A stretch of 64,000 nt of DNA from positions 12,648,001-12,712,000 of the forward strand of contig CP158635.1 in NCBI GenBank assembly GCA_050273025.1. The letters are read 5' to 3'. Position 1 is the stretch's first letter. The number at the start of each line of letters is the position of its first letter. The stretch comes from Cenococcum geophilum. Lineage: Eukaryota. Below the pieces are notes generated by a model, which saw nothing but the letters and a program-made list of their open reading frames with translations, was not told the DNA's origin and ran no database searches. Below, one piece after another: positions 50,587 through 64,000 of the stretch. A program made the translations under genes and the position numbers.

Positions 50587-53500
50587 TATTGCCCTATTAC
50601 CGCCTTAATACTACTTTACTATTTCTATTACTTTTACTACTTCTCTTTTAGCTACTATTCTAATTTCTTTTTTATTTACTCTTTTTCTATTACTTTTACT
50701 ATAACCTTACTAATTTATGGCTATCTTTATTACTGCTTATATACTATTATTTTACTATTACTTTATCTACTATTTACTACTACTACTTTAGTTACTTATT
50801 TAATATTATAACTTTTTTTATCTTTATCTTTACTATTATTATTATTACTATTACTATTACTTCTATTACTATTACTACTTTATTACTACTTAGCTATAGC
50901 CTTTACTTTTACTACTTTTTTTTTCTATCCCTATTTTTATCTATATTACTACTACTACTTCTATTACTATTTAATCTTTACTTTTATTTCTATCTCTACT
51001 TTTACTTTTCTTTACTATAGAGATTACTACTTTAGCTCTATAACGACTTTATAATAGCTCTACAATCGCCTATATAATTATCTATATAAATGGCTCTATA
51101 AACGGCTCTACAATCGTCCATACGGACAGTTCTACGACGGCTGTACGACGGCCATATGACGGCTAAGCTCCGTGTACGGCTCCCCCTTATTCCGCAGAGC
51201 TCTTATAAGCTCTATATCTATCTATCCTTAAGATATTTAAATAAAAGTAGTACCATTTTAAAGCGCTTTATAAGCTCTATAAATCTATCTAAATAGAAAT
51301 TTTATTTAGGCAATATTAGGGGGTGTATCGTAAGTGTAGAAGGGCCGCGAATTTAATAGGGTAGTACGGTCTTTACTACGTAACCATTACCAATTCTTAA
51401 CCAATCTTAGAGGTTAAAAAAAGTTATTACAGTATATTTATAGACAAGAAATTTACTTATTTCTCGCGCCTGCGCCAGGCTTTTGTCCTTCTAAACTAAG
51501 TCTACCCTACTATTACCCTACTACTGCCCTGCTACTGCCCTACTACTACCCTACTACTACCCTACTACTGCCCTACTATTGCCCTACTGCCCTACTACTG
51601 CCCTACCGCTGCCGCTGCCGCTGCTGCTATACTGTCCCCGCTAGAGTCTAGCAATACCTCTAGATATATAATATTAGTAGTAGTAGCATTACCTCCTTAT
51701 GGTAGTAATAGCGAAAGCCCGCGTATATCTGTTACTCTTAATAGTGCAATATATAGCTGCCTATGCGTAAAGACTCGTATACGCAAATTAACCCCAATAA
51801 AGTTAAAAGACTGCCCCTGCGACTTGGTTATAGTTATAGTAAAGTATAGCCGGATTAGAAACTGCCTTCAATTAATAATAAACGGCAGTTCTCCCTCTAT
51901 AGAGGTAAGCTTAATGCAAGGGATTAGCCGTAGCTAGCTATAAAAGCTACTGCTAAGCATCTAAGCTTTAATATAGTGGCGGCCTAGGCGCGTAATAACT
52001 ATACGGGTGCCGTTATAAATCCCTTCCTTAGGGTAGAGGTTCGGTAAAAGGATTATAAACGCGCCTATTTTTAGGGAAAGCTTTAACGGGGGTAGGCTAT
52101 TAGAGTTAAATAACTGCAGGAGCTTTACTGGCGGCAGTTCTATATAACCCTCTTTTTCTCTATTTTGCTCTATAGAGTCTATAGAATAAAAGGTGCTTAG
52201 GGAGCTATAAAGCTACGTAAGAATAGCCTCGTTAATATTAGCAACAGTATTATTCTAAATAGTTAGGATAATATAATTGTGGAAGGCATCTAAATTATAG
52301 TGTGCCCGCGCAAGTAGATATAGAGGGTATATATACTTATAAAAGGATTCTTAGGACCGGAACTGGGCTATACTAGGTAGAATAGTAACGCTACTAGCTA
52401 GGGACGTATTATAGGATAAGCTTCGCACCTAAGCGGTAAACTGCTAGTTTATTCTACCCTAGTAAATACATATATTTAACTATAGAAAGAGAATATAGAA
52501 GGTAGGCTAGAGGAACAACTGCTGTAGGTAGGCACCTATAATAGCTATACGGTTTCCCCGTGGGACGATAGGTAGTATTTAAGCAAAGTCGCCGCCTAAG
52601 ATAGTAGGGAGCCTATTAAAAGTAGAGTTGTTAGAACGGACGTCTATAAGTATATAGTGCACGGCTTTAAAGCGGTAGCGGTGCTATATTAGTACCTTAT
52701 CTTAAATAAGCAGAGAGGTATAGTGTAGAAGCTTGGCTAGATTTAACCTTTTAAAGATATTATAAGTAGACTCTTTATGTAGATTAATAGGTATCCAAAA
52801 ATAGGAGTAGGCAGTATAGCTACTGGGTAGTAGGAGGGCCGCGATATTAGAAGAAGCTATATAAAGGACAATCTTACCGCGTAAGTAGTAGTAGTAGTAG
52901 AGTTAGCGATAGAGAAACGTTTTACCGGTGCTTATAGGGCCCTAAAAGAAGAAGCGGGCCGTTTGCGGATTAGTATTTATAGCGGAAATAACAGTATTAA
53001 AGCACGCTGCTTGGTCTGTATTTAGCTGCTAGCATAACTTAGTAAACTAGTATTCTTCCTCTATAGGGTTATATTGTAGTAGCTTCGCCATAAAAAGTAG
53101 GTTACTTTCCTTCGTAACAACATCCTACTAGTGCTAGAATTGGGGTAGGCTATAGTCCGTAAGCGTTTTTTGCTAATTAGTAAGTATCTAATAGATAAGG
53201 TATAGGCGTTATTGTCCTTAGCGATAGTAGGAGGAGCATTAGGTTGGCGGGCTAGAAAGTAGAGTAAATTATCGTAAATAGACTATTTAAAGTAGTCCTA
53301 TAAGGCAACTAGCTTTATAATAGGGCTGTAAAGTAAAGCGGTTATAAATAAGGAGCGTAGCTAGGGGCTAATAGTAAAAACGGCGGCCTCTATTAAGCAA
53401 CAAATCTACTTATAATTATTCTCTAGTAGTTTTAGGGCCATGTAGGCGGTCTAGAAGGTTAGATAAATTGTACTAATAATGGTATGGAGGTTTTTAAAGG

Positions 53501-54662
53501 AGATAGGGCTGGGAACGAACGTTGGTAGCAGCCGTAAGTAGAACCTCTTTTCTGTAATAGGGCTGTAGTAATATATATAGCCTATTGCGGTACTTTACTA
53601 GCGAGGACGCTATTCCTACCGCTTTATATAAAAGATGTACCGCTTAGGGAAGTCTTAATATAGGTAGTTACAGCTATCCTTATACTCCGTATTATACTTA
53701 AAAAAGGCCGTTAATATAAAATAGGAGAGCTTAAGGCGCTACTGGATCTTCTATATAGACTAGTCGGGCTAAAGTATATAGGCTGCTTGCCTAGAAGGTA
53801 TATTATAAGCTAGATTATAGGGGGAAATTCCTTATAAATAGGAAACCTAAACAGCCGCTAGATAGCCTTAGAGGGGCTAATATAACGGCCCTATAGATAC
53901 TAGCTTACCTTATTGCCGTCTATAAGCCGTAAAGTAATACGGTCGCTCCCCTTATATATATACTTATAAATATACTTAACGGATCGCACGGAGGCGCAGA
54001 CCCTAATATTTATATACGTATAATACTTTATAGTTAGATATAGGCAGTACGGAATAATCTAGCGGTTATCTATTTTAAATATAGCCCCCCTTAATAAGCA
54101 GATAAACTATAACCGTAGATTATTATAATAGTGGTATTTTAGATAGCTGTCCTTATATACAACAGTAGTAGGGTTAAAAGGCTTAGGGTACCGCTTTAAG
54201 TAGGTTAGTAGAAGGCCTAGGCCTAGGGCAACTATATAGGGGGCTTACGGATTCTAGGAGCTATAAGGGCTGTAAACTATTATTGACTTTATAATATTAG
54301 TAAGACAGCTAGTAAAATCGTCCTTAGGCTATAAAAGCTTAGTAGATATAAAATAGTTAATAATAGCTAGGTTTAGCAGCTTATCGCAGTTATATAGATA
54401 TAGAAAGAGCAGTAAGTATAAATAGGGCAGGCCCTATTTCTAGTACTTAATAGTCTAAATAAAGCTATAGTACTAGCTAAAGATCTACTTCTGTTTTAGG
54501 TTGTGTAGGAAGTAGGTAACTTTTATATAAAAGACGTGTATAACCAGATTAGGGCTATCTATAATAGTTTTGCTAAGTAATAGCTTATAAGTAATTTCGT
54601 CCTACTTAGGGTTAGTAGTAAATATAATAATTAGGCTTAAATAGCCGTATTTATAGATAATA

Positions 54663-57600
54663 TATTACGGCACTGACCTAACGCATACTGTTTTATACTA
54701 TCTTATACTGTTTCCTATTATTGGCTGGCCTACTACTAGTACCTTGGCAGCCGGCCCTACTATTTATATACAATACCCCATTTCCACCTTCTTCTCCTCT
54801 TTATACTATAACGTAGTTATTTAGTCTACTTTATTGCAGCACTGTGACAGTTTGTGGTATCTCTAATTGCACCCTATTGCGATCTTTATTTTTCCCAGTT
54901 TACTATCTCCGTTTTCCCAGTATAATCGCGACCTGGCGCGACTGATAACACTATACTATAGTTCTAGATAATCTTAGCACAGTCTTAGTATAGCCTTAGT
55001 ACAGTCTTAGTAATCTTAGTATTATAGTTAGCCTTATAAGATTCCGATTGCCTTACCCAGATCTCCTAGAATAGGCGACTATAATATAGACAACGTCCCG
55101 CTAACGAACCCTTGCGAAGCGCTCGCCTGCCTTCTTAATACCTCCTATACTAATATTGCCTAGGCAATTAGGAACGGTTCTGAATACCTAAAGGACCTTA
55201 ATATAGCAGGAACCTTTTAGTAACTCTCTATATATACAGCTTTCTTAACCAGTATTAAGAACGGCCTTTAAGCCGTCTATAGCGAAGGCTAAGCTATAAA
55301 GTCCTAATTTGAAAAAGCTTAATATAGAATTAACTCCCTTAAGATACTTAAACTATATATTAAGCAATACGAACAGTAAGCCCTCGTATATACCGAGACT
55401 ATAAAAAACTTAAGCTCCTAGATTACTATACTTACTAAGACTATTGCCGATAAGAACCCTATTACTAGCTCCCCTCTTTTAACTAAGCCCTATAGAAAAA
55501 AGCGTAAAGCAAAAGATCTAACCCCGTTTAATGGTAAGGGATCACTAATTAAAAAGTAAGAAAAATTTAAAATATGGGAAATAAAAATCTAAGGTGTTTT
55601 CCGGAGGGATATAAAGTGCTTTAAGACCCTAATAGACGAAATCCTCTATATGTTAGATATGCTAACGGATAAGGCTTATAACTATGTTAAATATAGCCTT
55701 AATACGCTACGTATATACCCAAACGACCTAAGTAAATAGACCTTTTCTAACCGAGAGTCTATGTTTATATATATAAGAGGATACTATAAGATTATGGATA
55801 TAACCTAAGCGGCTAAAAATAAGTTGGATACCTTAAGCTAAGGTAAGCGTAACTACTAGTCCTAGAAAGTAGAGCTTAATAAGTTAATAATTAAAGCAAA
55901 TAAGACTAAGAAATAAAAAGTGAATTTGCTTAAGAAGAATATTTCCTTTAAAATAAAGGACCTAGCCTTTACCCTTAGCCGTAAAATTGGCGATGCTAAC
56001 TATAAAGGCTAGAGTAAGTAGATAGATATATTTGCTTATAACCTATAGAACTATACCTACTATACTAAGTTAAATACTGCTAAGCTAAGTGCCGCTAGTG
56101 GCTATTAACCCGTATTACTATAGAATGACCTAATAAACCTAGACGCCGTTAAGTTTAGTAGCGGTAGTAATAGCCTCCCTAATAATGTCTAAAGACATTA
56201 TATAAATAATAGACTCTATATAGTGTGTGGTTAACCTAGCCACTAGAAAAGTACTTATAACCCCTAGTAAAACCTAAATCCCCTTTTAATGCCACCGCGC
56301 TAACCCCCCCTAGCCGCGGCGGATTCTTTAATAAAGGGGATAGTAATTAAGGCGGTAACTATAGATAAGGACGTGGGTTCGGATATAAAAACCTGCCCCT
56401 ACAATTCCCTTCCCTAACATAGCCCTAGCTAATAGTCCCGTACGCGAACTATGGATAAGTACTCTATATTACTACTAACCGCAAGACCGGCTATATTATT
56501 GGTGAAGTACCCCCTAGCATATATATACTGTTAGAGACCGACACGTTAGGATATACTAGCTAAGACTATAGCTACTAGCCAAGCTCTATAACGCAGCTAT
56601 TAAAAGGCTAACCCTTAGACTAAGTTGCCTTTAAGGGTTAAAACTATACGGGGAGGAGGATAAAAGGATTAGATCTATATTACTAGATTAGTTAGACCTT
56701 ATTTTAAGCCAGCTATTATTTAATCTTAGAACAGTAAACAACGATAGAAATTCTATCCTTATTTAGACTTACCTCTCCTTACTATATAACCTACTCCTAG
56801 AAGTTCTTATTAAAACAGTAAGCCTTATTAATAGTAGTAGTATAGCACTAGCGTTTATAAACGAAGACTCGCTTATAAGGAAGCATAATATTTTAATAAA
56901 AAGACTTCTAGTCCTAAAACCACTCTACCTTACTAACGGACTCCAATCCAGCTTTATTACCTATTTGTAAGAGTATATATATTAGGTCCCGCCGCGCTTG
57001 CAACAAGTTCGCAAGCACTCTCAGTCTTTTTGGCCGTATGGCGACGTGGAGGCGGGCCACGTTACACTATTACTTTATAGTAAAAATAATAATTAGCCAC
57101 TATATAGAATCTATGCTTTTTTATATTATAAAGTTATTACCTTTAATACTAGTAATTCTTAGAATGCCCTAGCTTAAAAAGTACAACCTAAGTATAAACT
57201 TCCCCGTTTTAGGACTTAAGTTTAACTCTAATTACTATACCTATAACTATATCCTATGGTATATCCCTAATTGTAACCAAGTAGCACTATACGGATATAT
57301 TACACGGCTAACACTTAGATACCGTTAGCTAATAGTAAAAGAGGTACCTAATACTAGTAAGCTAATATATATAGTAAATAAAACAGAGATTCTAGAAGAC
57401 TGGACTACTACCCTACCCCTAAGAAATACCGCCCCGCCCCTAAGAATATAATCACCGCTAGAACTATAAGTCCCCTATATATACTCGCTTAACTTAGGCC
57501 AGCTAATAAGATACCTAACTTTAAGTTATTTGCTATACGTATATATAACCGCGCGTATAATAGCTAAAGGCGTTATAGCTAAGACCAAAACCAGAGCAAT

Positions 57601-60600
57601 TAAGACCTCCCCCCTGTAACGCCTAACCTTATATCTATCTCCCGCGTATACTATATAGGGCCGCCGCCGCGTTTCCGCCCCTTGGGGCCGACTAAGCTGC
57701 GCTAGCTTAGCCGTAGCACTAGAGAACCAAACACGCCCTAAACTGGACGATATTAGATATACTTATGCCGTTAATTTTACCCAGTTCTATAAATAAAAAG
57801 GCGTAAAGGTAATAAGGATCTATATGGCGGAGCTAGTAGAACTAGTTAAATAAAAAGAATACCGATAGCTGCTTAAAGAGCTACCTATAGGCCTAATAGA
57901 AGTACCGAACCTGTTAGAAAAGTCCTTCCGCCAGCCGGTAGAGGGCGACTATATAATGAAAGAAGCCCGTAAAGCGCTACCCCTTTATTTTTATAATTTC
58001 CTTAAGATAAACCTAAAAACTAAGCCTAAGTCTCTACGCCGGAAGATAGTTAACACTAATGTTAAAAAATTCCTAAAAGGTAAACTAGGATTAACCCGTA
58101 AAGACATTTTATAACGCTTATTAAAGGAGTTCCGCGAATATATTAAGCACTTTCTCCCTAAAAACGTAGATAAGCTACCCCTTTACCAACTATAGGACTA
58201 TAAAATTACGATTATCCCTAGAAACTAGGCCCTATACTATAAAAACAGACTACTCTTACCTGCTGAACTTAGGTGTGTAAAAAAGTAAATTAATAAGATA
58301 CTAGATAAGGGTTTCATCCGCAAATTAACCTTACTAGCTACTATACTACTCCTCCTTACTGCTAAGCCTAGTGGCGGTATATAAATCTACTATAACTACT
58401 AAGGCCTAAATATAGTTACTATTAAAAATCGGTACCTACTGCTACTAATCCGTAAGATGCTTAACGTACTTTATAGTGCTAAGTACTTTACTAAACTTAA
58501 TATAATTACTGCGTTTAACTAAATCCGGATTATAAAGGGCTATAAGTGGCTTATAGTATTTATTACCTGGTTCGGACTTTATAAGATGCTAGTTATACCA
58601 TTTAGCCTCTATAACACACCCGCTATATTCTAAAATTATATTAATTATATCTTATATAACGCCCTTAATAACTACTATACTGCCTACCTTAATAATATCC
58701 TTGTCTTTTCTAAAATACGTACTAAACACACTAAGTATATAAATAAAGTTATCCGAAAACTCGGTAATACTAGACTTTAGATTAATATTAATAAGTCTAA
58801 GTTCTACTCTACTAAAATAAAATACCTCGGCTTAATTATTTTAATTAATAGCATAACTATAAACCCTAAGAAGGTATAGGCTTTATAGAAATAGAAGGAC
58901 CTAATATTAATTAAAGAACTATAATAATTTCTTAGCTTCGCAAACTTCTACTAATAATTTATTTAAGGCTACTCTGCTATCGCTATACCTATAATAAAAC
59001 TCTTAAAGAAGGATATTGGATAGCTATAGGGACTAAAATAAGCTAAATTGTTTAAGGCCCTTAAGGGAGCCTTTACCTTAGCACTAGTATTAGCATACTA
59101 TAACTATATAAAGAAGACAGTAGCAGAGATAAACGTATTAAATTAGGCTTCTGGCGGAGTCCTTTCCTAGTATAATAATAATAGTAAATTAAAACTAGTC
59201 GCATTCTTTTCTATAAAGTACTCTACGCTAGAGTATAAATATAAGATCTACGATAAAGAACTCTTAGCTATTATTAAGGCTTTAGAGGAATGGCGTCTTA
59301 AGCTATAAGGGACTAAGGAGCTATTTAAAATTATTACCGACTATAAGAACCTATAGACGTTTATAACTATTAAGTAGCTAAATTAACGCTAAGTCTAGTG
59401 GGCAGAGTTCCTTTTATAGTTTAACTTTATACTTATATATAGACCTAGTAGTAAAGCTATACTCCCTAACGCCCTAAGCTAGCTACTAGGAATAAGGCCT
59501 AAGGACACCAATAATAAACGCCTCCGCCACTAAGCCTAAGTCGTTATACCGCCCTAGAAAATTAACCCTATAATTTTAGAAGAATTGCTATATAAGTCCT
59601 ATAACTCTAATAATGCGGAGTTTATAGCCGCTTTAGACCCTAAAATAGCTGAAAAGTTACTAAATAAGTTAATTTAGTTGGGATACTAGGAGAACAAACT
59701 TATAAGAGATATAGCAGCGGCCCTACGTAATTAAAAAGCTCGCTATTAGCTAAAGAAGATTAGGAAATTACTCTATTACAATAAGTTAGAATATAGTATT
59801 ATTAACGGATAGATCTACTTCCGCTAATACCTCTTTATCCTTAACGCCCTAGACCTCTACCTAGAAGTTATCCATTACTTTTATAGCAGCGGCCCCGCTA
59901 ATTACCCCGGCTAGGTTAAGACCCTTAACTTTTTAAACCAAATATACTAGTGGCTAGGAATCTCCTAATTTACAGCTACTTTTGTTAAAGACTATGCCCT
60001 ATACTTTTATACTAAGACCCCCCGTTCTGCCCCGCTTGGTTTCTTAAAGCTATTAAAACTACCTGCTCGCCTATAAACTAATATTTTAATTAACTATATT
60101 ATAGCGCTGCTGGTATGCCAACGCTATAGTAAGGTATATAAATATATCCTTATTATTATAGACCGCCTAACTAAAATATAATACCTTATTTTAGTAATAG
60201 GACTCTTAACAGAGGAGCTAGTTAATGGCTTTATTAATAATATATATAAGCTCTACGGTGCACTAAGTATAATTATCTCTAATTATAGTATATAATTTAT
60301 TAGCGACTTCTGGCGACAACTAAGTAAACGCCATAAGATAACCTTAAGACTAAGCTTAGCCTAGTACCTAGAAACAAACGGCTAAACTAAAATTATTAAC
60401 GCTGCCGTAAATAAGTACCTATAGTAATGCTATAAAAATAATGCTAATACTTATAGGGATAAGAGCGCGTTATTCTATAAAGGTAATATAGTTATAGTTA
60501 GCTTAAAAAATATAAAGATAAATAGACCTAAGAAGAAATGGGATGATAAATAGGACGGCCTATACCCCGTACTTGCAGTATATTAAGGGGTAGTTATAGT

Positions 60601-61489
60601 AGACCTCCTAGACTATATCTGAGTAAATAAATCCTTCTATATATCTAAGGTCCGCCTCTAGGCTGCTAAAAAGACCCCTAGCTAAGTAAATATTAATACT
60701 ATAGAATGCCGTAATATATAAGGACGAGTAGTAAAGAGAGATAATAATGGTAATATAGAAGATAAATAGGAGTTTAAGAAAATCCTTAATATATATAACG
60801 AAGACCCCTAAGGCCTAACTTATAAGATTAAATGGAAATATTATAAGGATATAACCTAGCAGCTAGAAGAAGACCTAAAGGGTTATAAATAGGCTATATA
60901 GCGCTTTTATAAGCAACACCCTAAGAAGCTAGAACCCCTAGACTGGGTATAAGATAAGGAAAAGTTACGCTAAGGTTGTAGCCAACTACCGTGTTAAAAT
61001 TTGTGGTGGTTAAGATGTTATAGAACTTTAACCAGCGGTTAAAGTTGTTTAATTAGCTAGATTCTTGCCAAGAAACGCTATACGGATTGATTTAGGTAGC
61101 GGTATAGAGTTTTGCTAATTTTACTTACTAAACTAACTAATTAGGATTTTCTATGCCTAGTATAGAAAATTGCTATTAGCTTAGTTAAGGGCGGTAAGCG
61201 GAACTAATATCTTTGTAGTAAAAAACAGGCGACCCCAAATACTACCTATTTTAGAGTTATTTATTCGGTTTAGGGACTAAACTATTTAAGGAAAAGGAGT
61301 ACTGTTACGGCACTGACCTAACGTATACTGTTTTATACTATCTTGTACTATTTCCTACTGTTAGTTAGCCCACTACTAGTACCTTGGCGGCCGGCCCTAC
61401 TATTTATATATAATACCCCATTTCCACCTTCTTCTCCTCTTTATACTATAACGTAGTTATTTAGTCTACTTCATTGTAGCACTGTGATA
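54663..61489 (+). mobile_element. Ty3/Gypsy family B copy 3 (RIPed, chimeric 3' half, internal deletion)
   Basis: 187-bp LTRs at 54663-54849 and 61303-61489, TSD TAATA. gag-PR-RT is colinear with copy 2; part of the integrase C-terminus is missing at ~60420. Confidence 0.94.
56966..57066. mobile_element. 101-bp solo LTR of an unrelated family
   Basis: TGTAA...TTACA termini, TSD CTATT (56961-56965, 57067-57071), absent from B copies 1 and 2. Confidence 0.85.
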
Positions 61490-63383
61490 TAATAGCTATT
61501 AAATTTTAATAGCACTGGCTAATAAAGCAAGCTCCGCTAAGGAAACTTAATAAAAGGATTATGTGGCGGCCTAGTAATTTAGGATCTAAATTATTATAGG
61601 TAAAAGTATCCGTAATACTGTTATATAGCTCTATATAAAGGGTAGTTTAGTTAAAGCGGACCTAGTTAAGCTTATTTTAATTATATAGCGCCTATATATC
61701 TATAACATACTACTAAAATAGCCGGCAGTAGGTAAAAGGTACTAACCTAGAGTTAAGATAGACGTATTGGTAAAACTAAAAGTATGCCTATTATATTAAA
61801 CGGGTTTACTAGCGGGCTTAATTAGAGTCGCGTAGCTAAAGACCCTAGTACTATCTAGTATAACCGCGATGGAAGAGCAGTATATAGTGGAGCGGTATAT
61901 ATACGGTATGCGTTAAGTTAATACGGTAGTATTACGGCTACTTATTAGGCGTATAACGCTCCGCAAGTATAATATTGCGGAAGGTAGTATTACCGTACCT
62001 ATTTAGTATAATAACGGCCATCTTATTACTTATTAGGAGGTTCTTACAATAGTAATTAGCACTAGCCTTTAAGATAAGCCGTATTTATAGGTTTAAGATA
62101 ATTTATAATAGGGTTATTATAGGCTAAGCCTAAAGCTATTTCTTTAGAGTTTAATAGAGGGCGATAAAAGGGTTCCGTACTTTAGATAGTATAGTAGTAA
62201 GGTACTATAGAATAGCTATATCTAGCTAGGTATTTGGACGGGCCTATAGGTAAATATCTATAGTATAACTAGGGTTATAAAAGTATAGCTAGGCATACTA
62301 CGGAGTAATATCAGTAGGAGGCTTTAGCGGGCTCTATAGATGGTAAAGCTTATTATATATTTAGAAGCAATTTAGGCTGCCCTAGGCTACGCTATGGTTA
62401 GTAATAGTATAGTTTACGGATATAAAAGCTAATGCTGCATTATATAAGCGAAGCCGCTCCTTAAACTGCCTAGTAGAAGTAGTACTAGACTCTAAAAGAT
62501 CGCGTAGATATTCTAGCAAAGGCTAGAATAGAGGGAGGGTTATATTATCGTGCTTATAGCAGGCTTTAAAGCGTAGATTACTAGGCTATAATATACTAAC
62601 ACGTTTATTAATCCAATGTAGAGCGGTGTAGAAGTTATAGGTAACGTCTATAGGACTAAGATTTAGCTGCTCTATAATATGGCAGATAGTAGTAATAGGG
62701 CCACAATCTAGCTGCTCGGCGATAGGGCGGACGGTAGTAGGTCGCGGCTAGATTAATATAGGCGGTCGCGGCTGGATTAATACGGGCGGTATAAGGGGAG
62801 AAGCAGCGGCAGAAGCAGCGTCGGAAGTAGTAGTAGCTATATTTTAGGGTATAGGCCGTAAAAGGCCTGCTAAAGGTTATCGTCAGGACCGTTCCTTTCT
62901 TTTCTCCTATATATAGAGTTAGAAAGACAGTAAATAAAAAAAGGATAAAAAGGATTAACCCTATAAGATTTACAGATCTTATACGGAGCTTTTTGGCAGT
63001 TATTTAGTATAAAGTTAGTAAAAGGGTAATACCCCTTATAGGTAGTACAGAATGTATAATTAGAAGGCATTTAGGCGATAGGTAGAGTAGTAACTGGGGT
63101 AAGGTAGGATTTAGGGATAGGGTTTTTTTAATAGTGAGGTAGTATGTCCCCCATTAGGTGACCAGACCAAATTTTAACTAATATATCTCTTAGGTTGGAT
63201 CCAAATTTAGTATAACGTAGATTTATAGATTATAGATATTAAAATAACAAGCTGAAAATCTTTAACGTGTAAGATATATTTGGTATAAAGATTAGCTATT
63301 ATATCACTATATATACTAAGTATTTTTTTAAAATATATACTAATGGATTAGTAAGGTATTAAAGAATATCTTTTTAGTAGGTA

Positions 63384-63935
63384 ACGTCTTAGCCACCCAA
63401 TTGACCTACCTGCTAATTACGATTTAAATTACCCCTTTTCTTATATATCTTACCTTTCCTATACCACAACTATAGATTCTACGGCTGCCGCACTGCTTAA
63501 ACTTAATTAAAAAGCTTGAATGGAAATTATAATTAAGCCTTTAGAAGCTAACCCTAACTAATCTGTTCGTAAGCTTGCTAAAACTTCCTACCTACTATAA
63601 TCGACTCTTAACTACTGTTAGAGAGGACGCCGATTATATAAAGAGGCCCATTAAGCCTAACAAAAACTTATAGTCTTTAAGGAGTATTTTATTGTTAAAT
63701 AGATTAATACTATAAAAAGCTAGGGGTGGCTACCCTAAATCTAATACCTTAAATCTATAGGCAAAGATATTCTTAAAGTAAAGAATTGTTCTATAGAGCT
63801 TGGCTAATACTAGTATAAGAACTTCCTTAAATGCTACCTAGAACTTAAAGCTTAATTTACTAAAGGCCTTAATTAAAAGCAAAAGGGTGCTAAAGACCCC
63901 AAAATTATTAAGGATTGGTTTAAGTTATATATAGC
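63384..63935 (+). mobile_element. Fot1/pogo-like DNA transposon, 5' part, RIPed
   Basis: TA followed by an ACGT terminus. Transposase HTH text SVRKLAKT..STL, *GWLP*I, ELG*Y*YKNFLKCYLELK and KDPKIIKDWF. Confidence 0.8.
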
Positions 63936-64000
63936 TATCCCTTAGCACGGTAGGGTCCTTGGAATTAGTGGTCCGTATAAGAATACTAAAATTAAGGCTA

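Larger units (their letters stand above)
51660..63070 (-). pseudogene. Helitron Rep/Helicase gene, RIPed, split by Gypsy B copy 3
   Basis: HUH motif (T)IKY*K*GLPYLYLL (EYQKRGLPHLH before RIP) ~54420-54455, FTTNPK* ~54610, SVKYIYKYIYKG ~53950-53985. Pif1 Walker A FF*GP.STGKTF ~52920-52950 and RQFLIRLYFTITITKSQGQ ~51810-51870. Ends are approximate. Confidence 0.9.

Overview
Fungal (filamentous ascomycete) DNA. Most of the window is an AT-rich, TpA-enriched transposon graveyard with the signature of repeat-induced point mutation (RIP). It surrounds one un-RIPed, intron-containing gene island at about 38.9-47.4 kb. The left block is a nest up to five levels deep: Ty3/Gypsy A, then Gypsy C, then Gypsy B copy 1 (in C's LTR), then a Helitron2/Helentron-like non-autonomous element with a ~500-bp satellite, then a full-length AcademH-like DNA transposon (transposase plus RecQ helicase, 9-bp TSD). 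B copy 1 also holds an ORF1-only poly(A)-tailed LINE-like insert, and C holds a second B copy. The island carries a head-to-head pair 440 bp apart: an AAA+ ATPase gene and a NACHT-like gene with a degenerate P-loop. Each gene is interrupted in coding sequence by a separate small hAT-like element, and each insertion has splice signals that could remove it in frame. The right block has two non-autonomous Academ-type elements, a Tc1/mariner MITE, a RIPed Rep/Hel Helitron interrupted by a chimeric Gypsy B copy 3 (which holds a 101-bp solo LTR), and the start of a Fot1/pogo element. All calls come from manual reading. Family names are from recall and need HMM confirmation.
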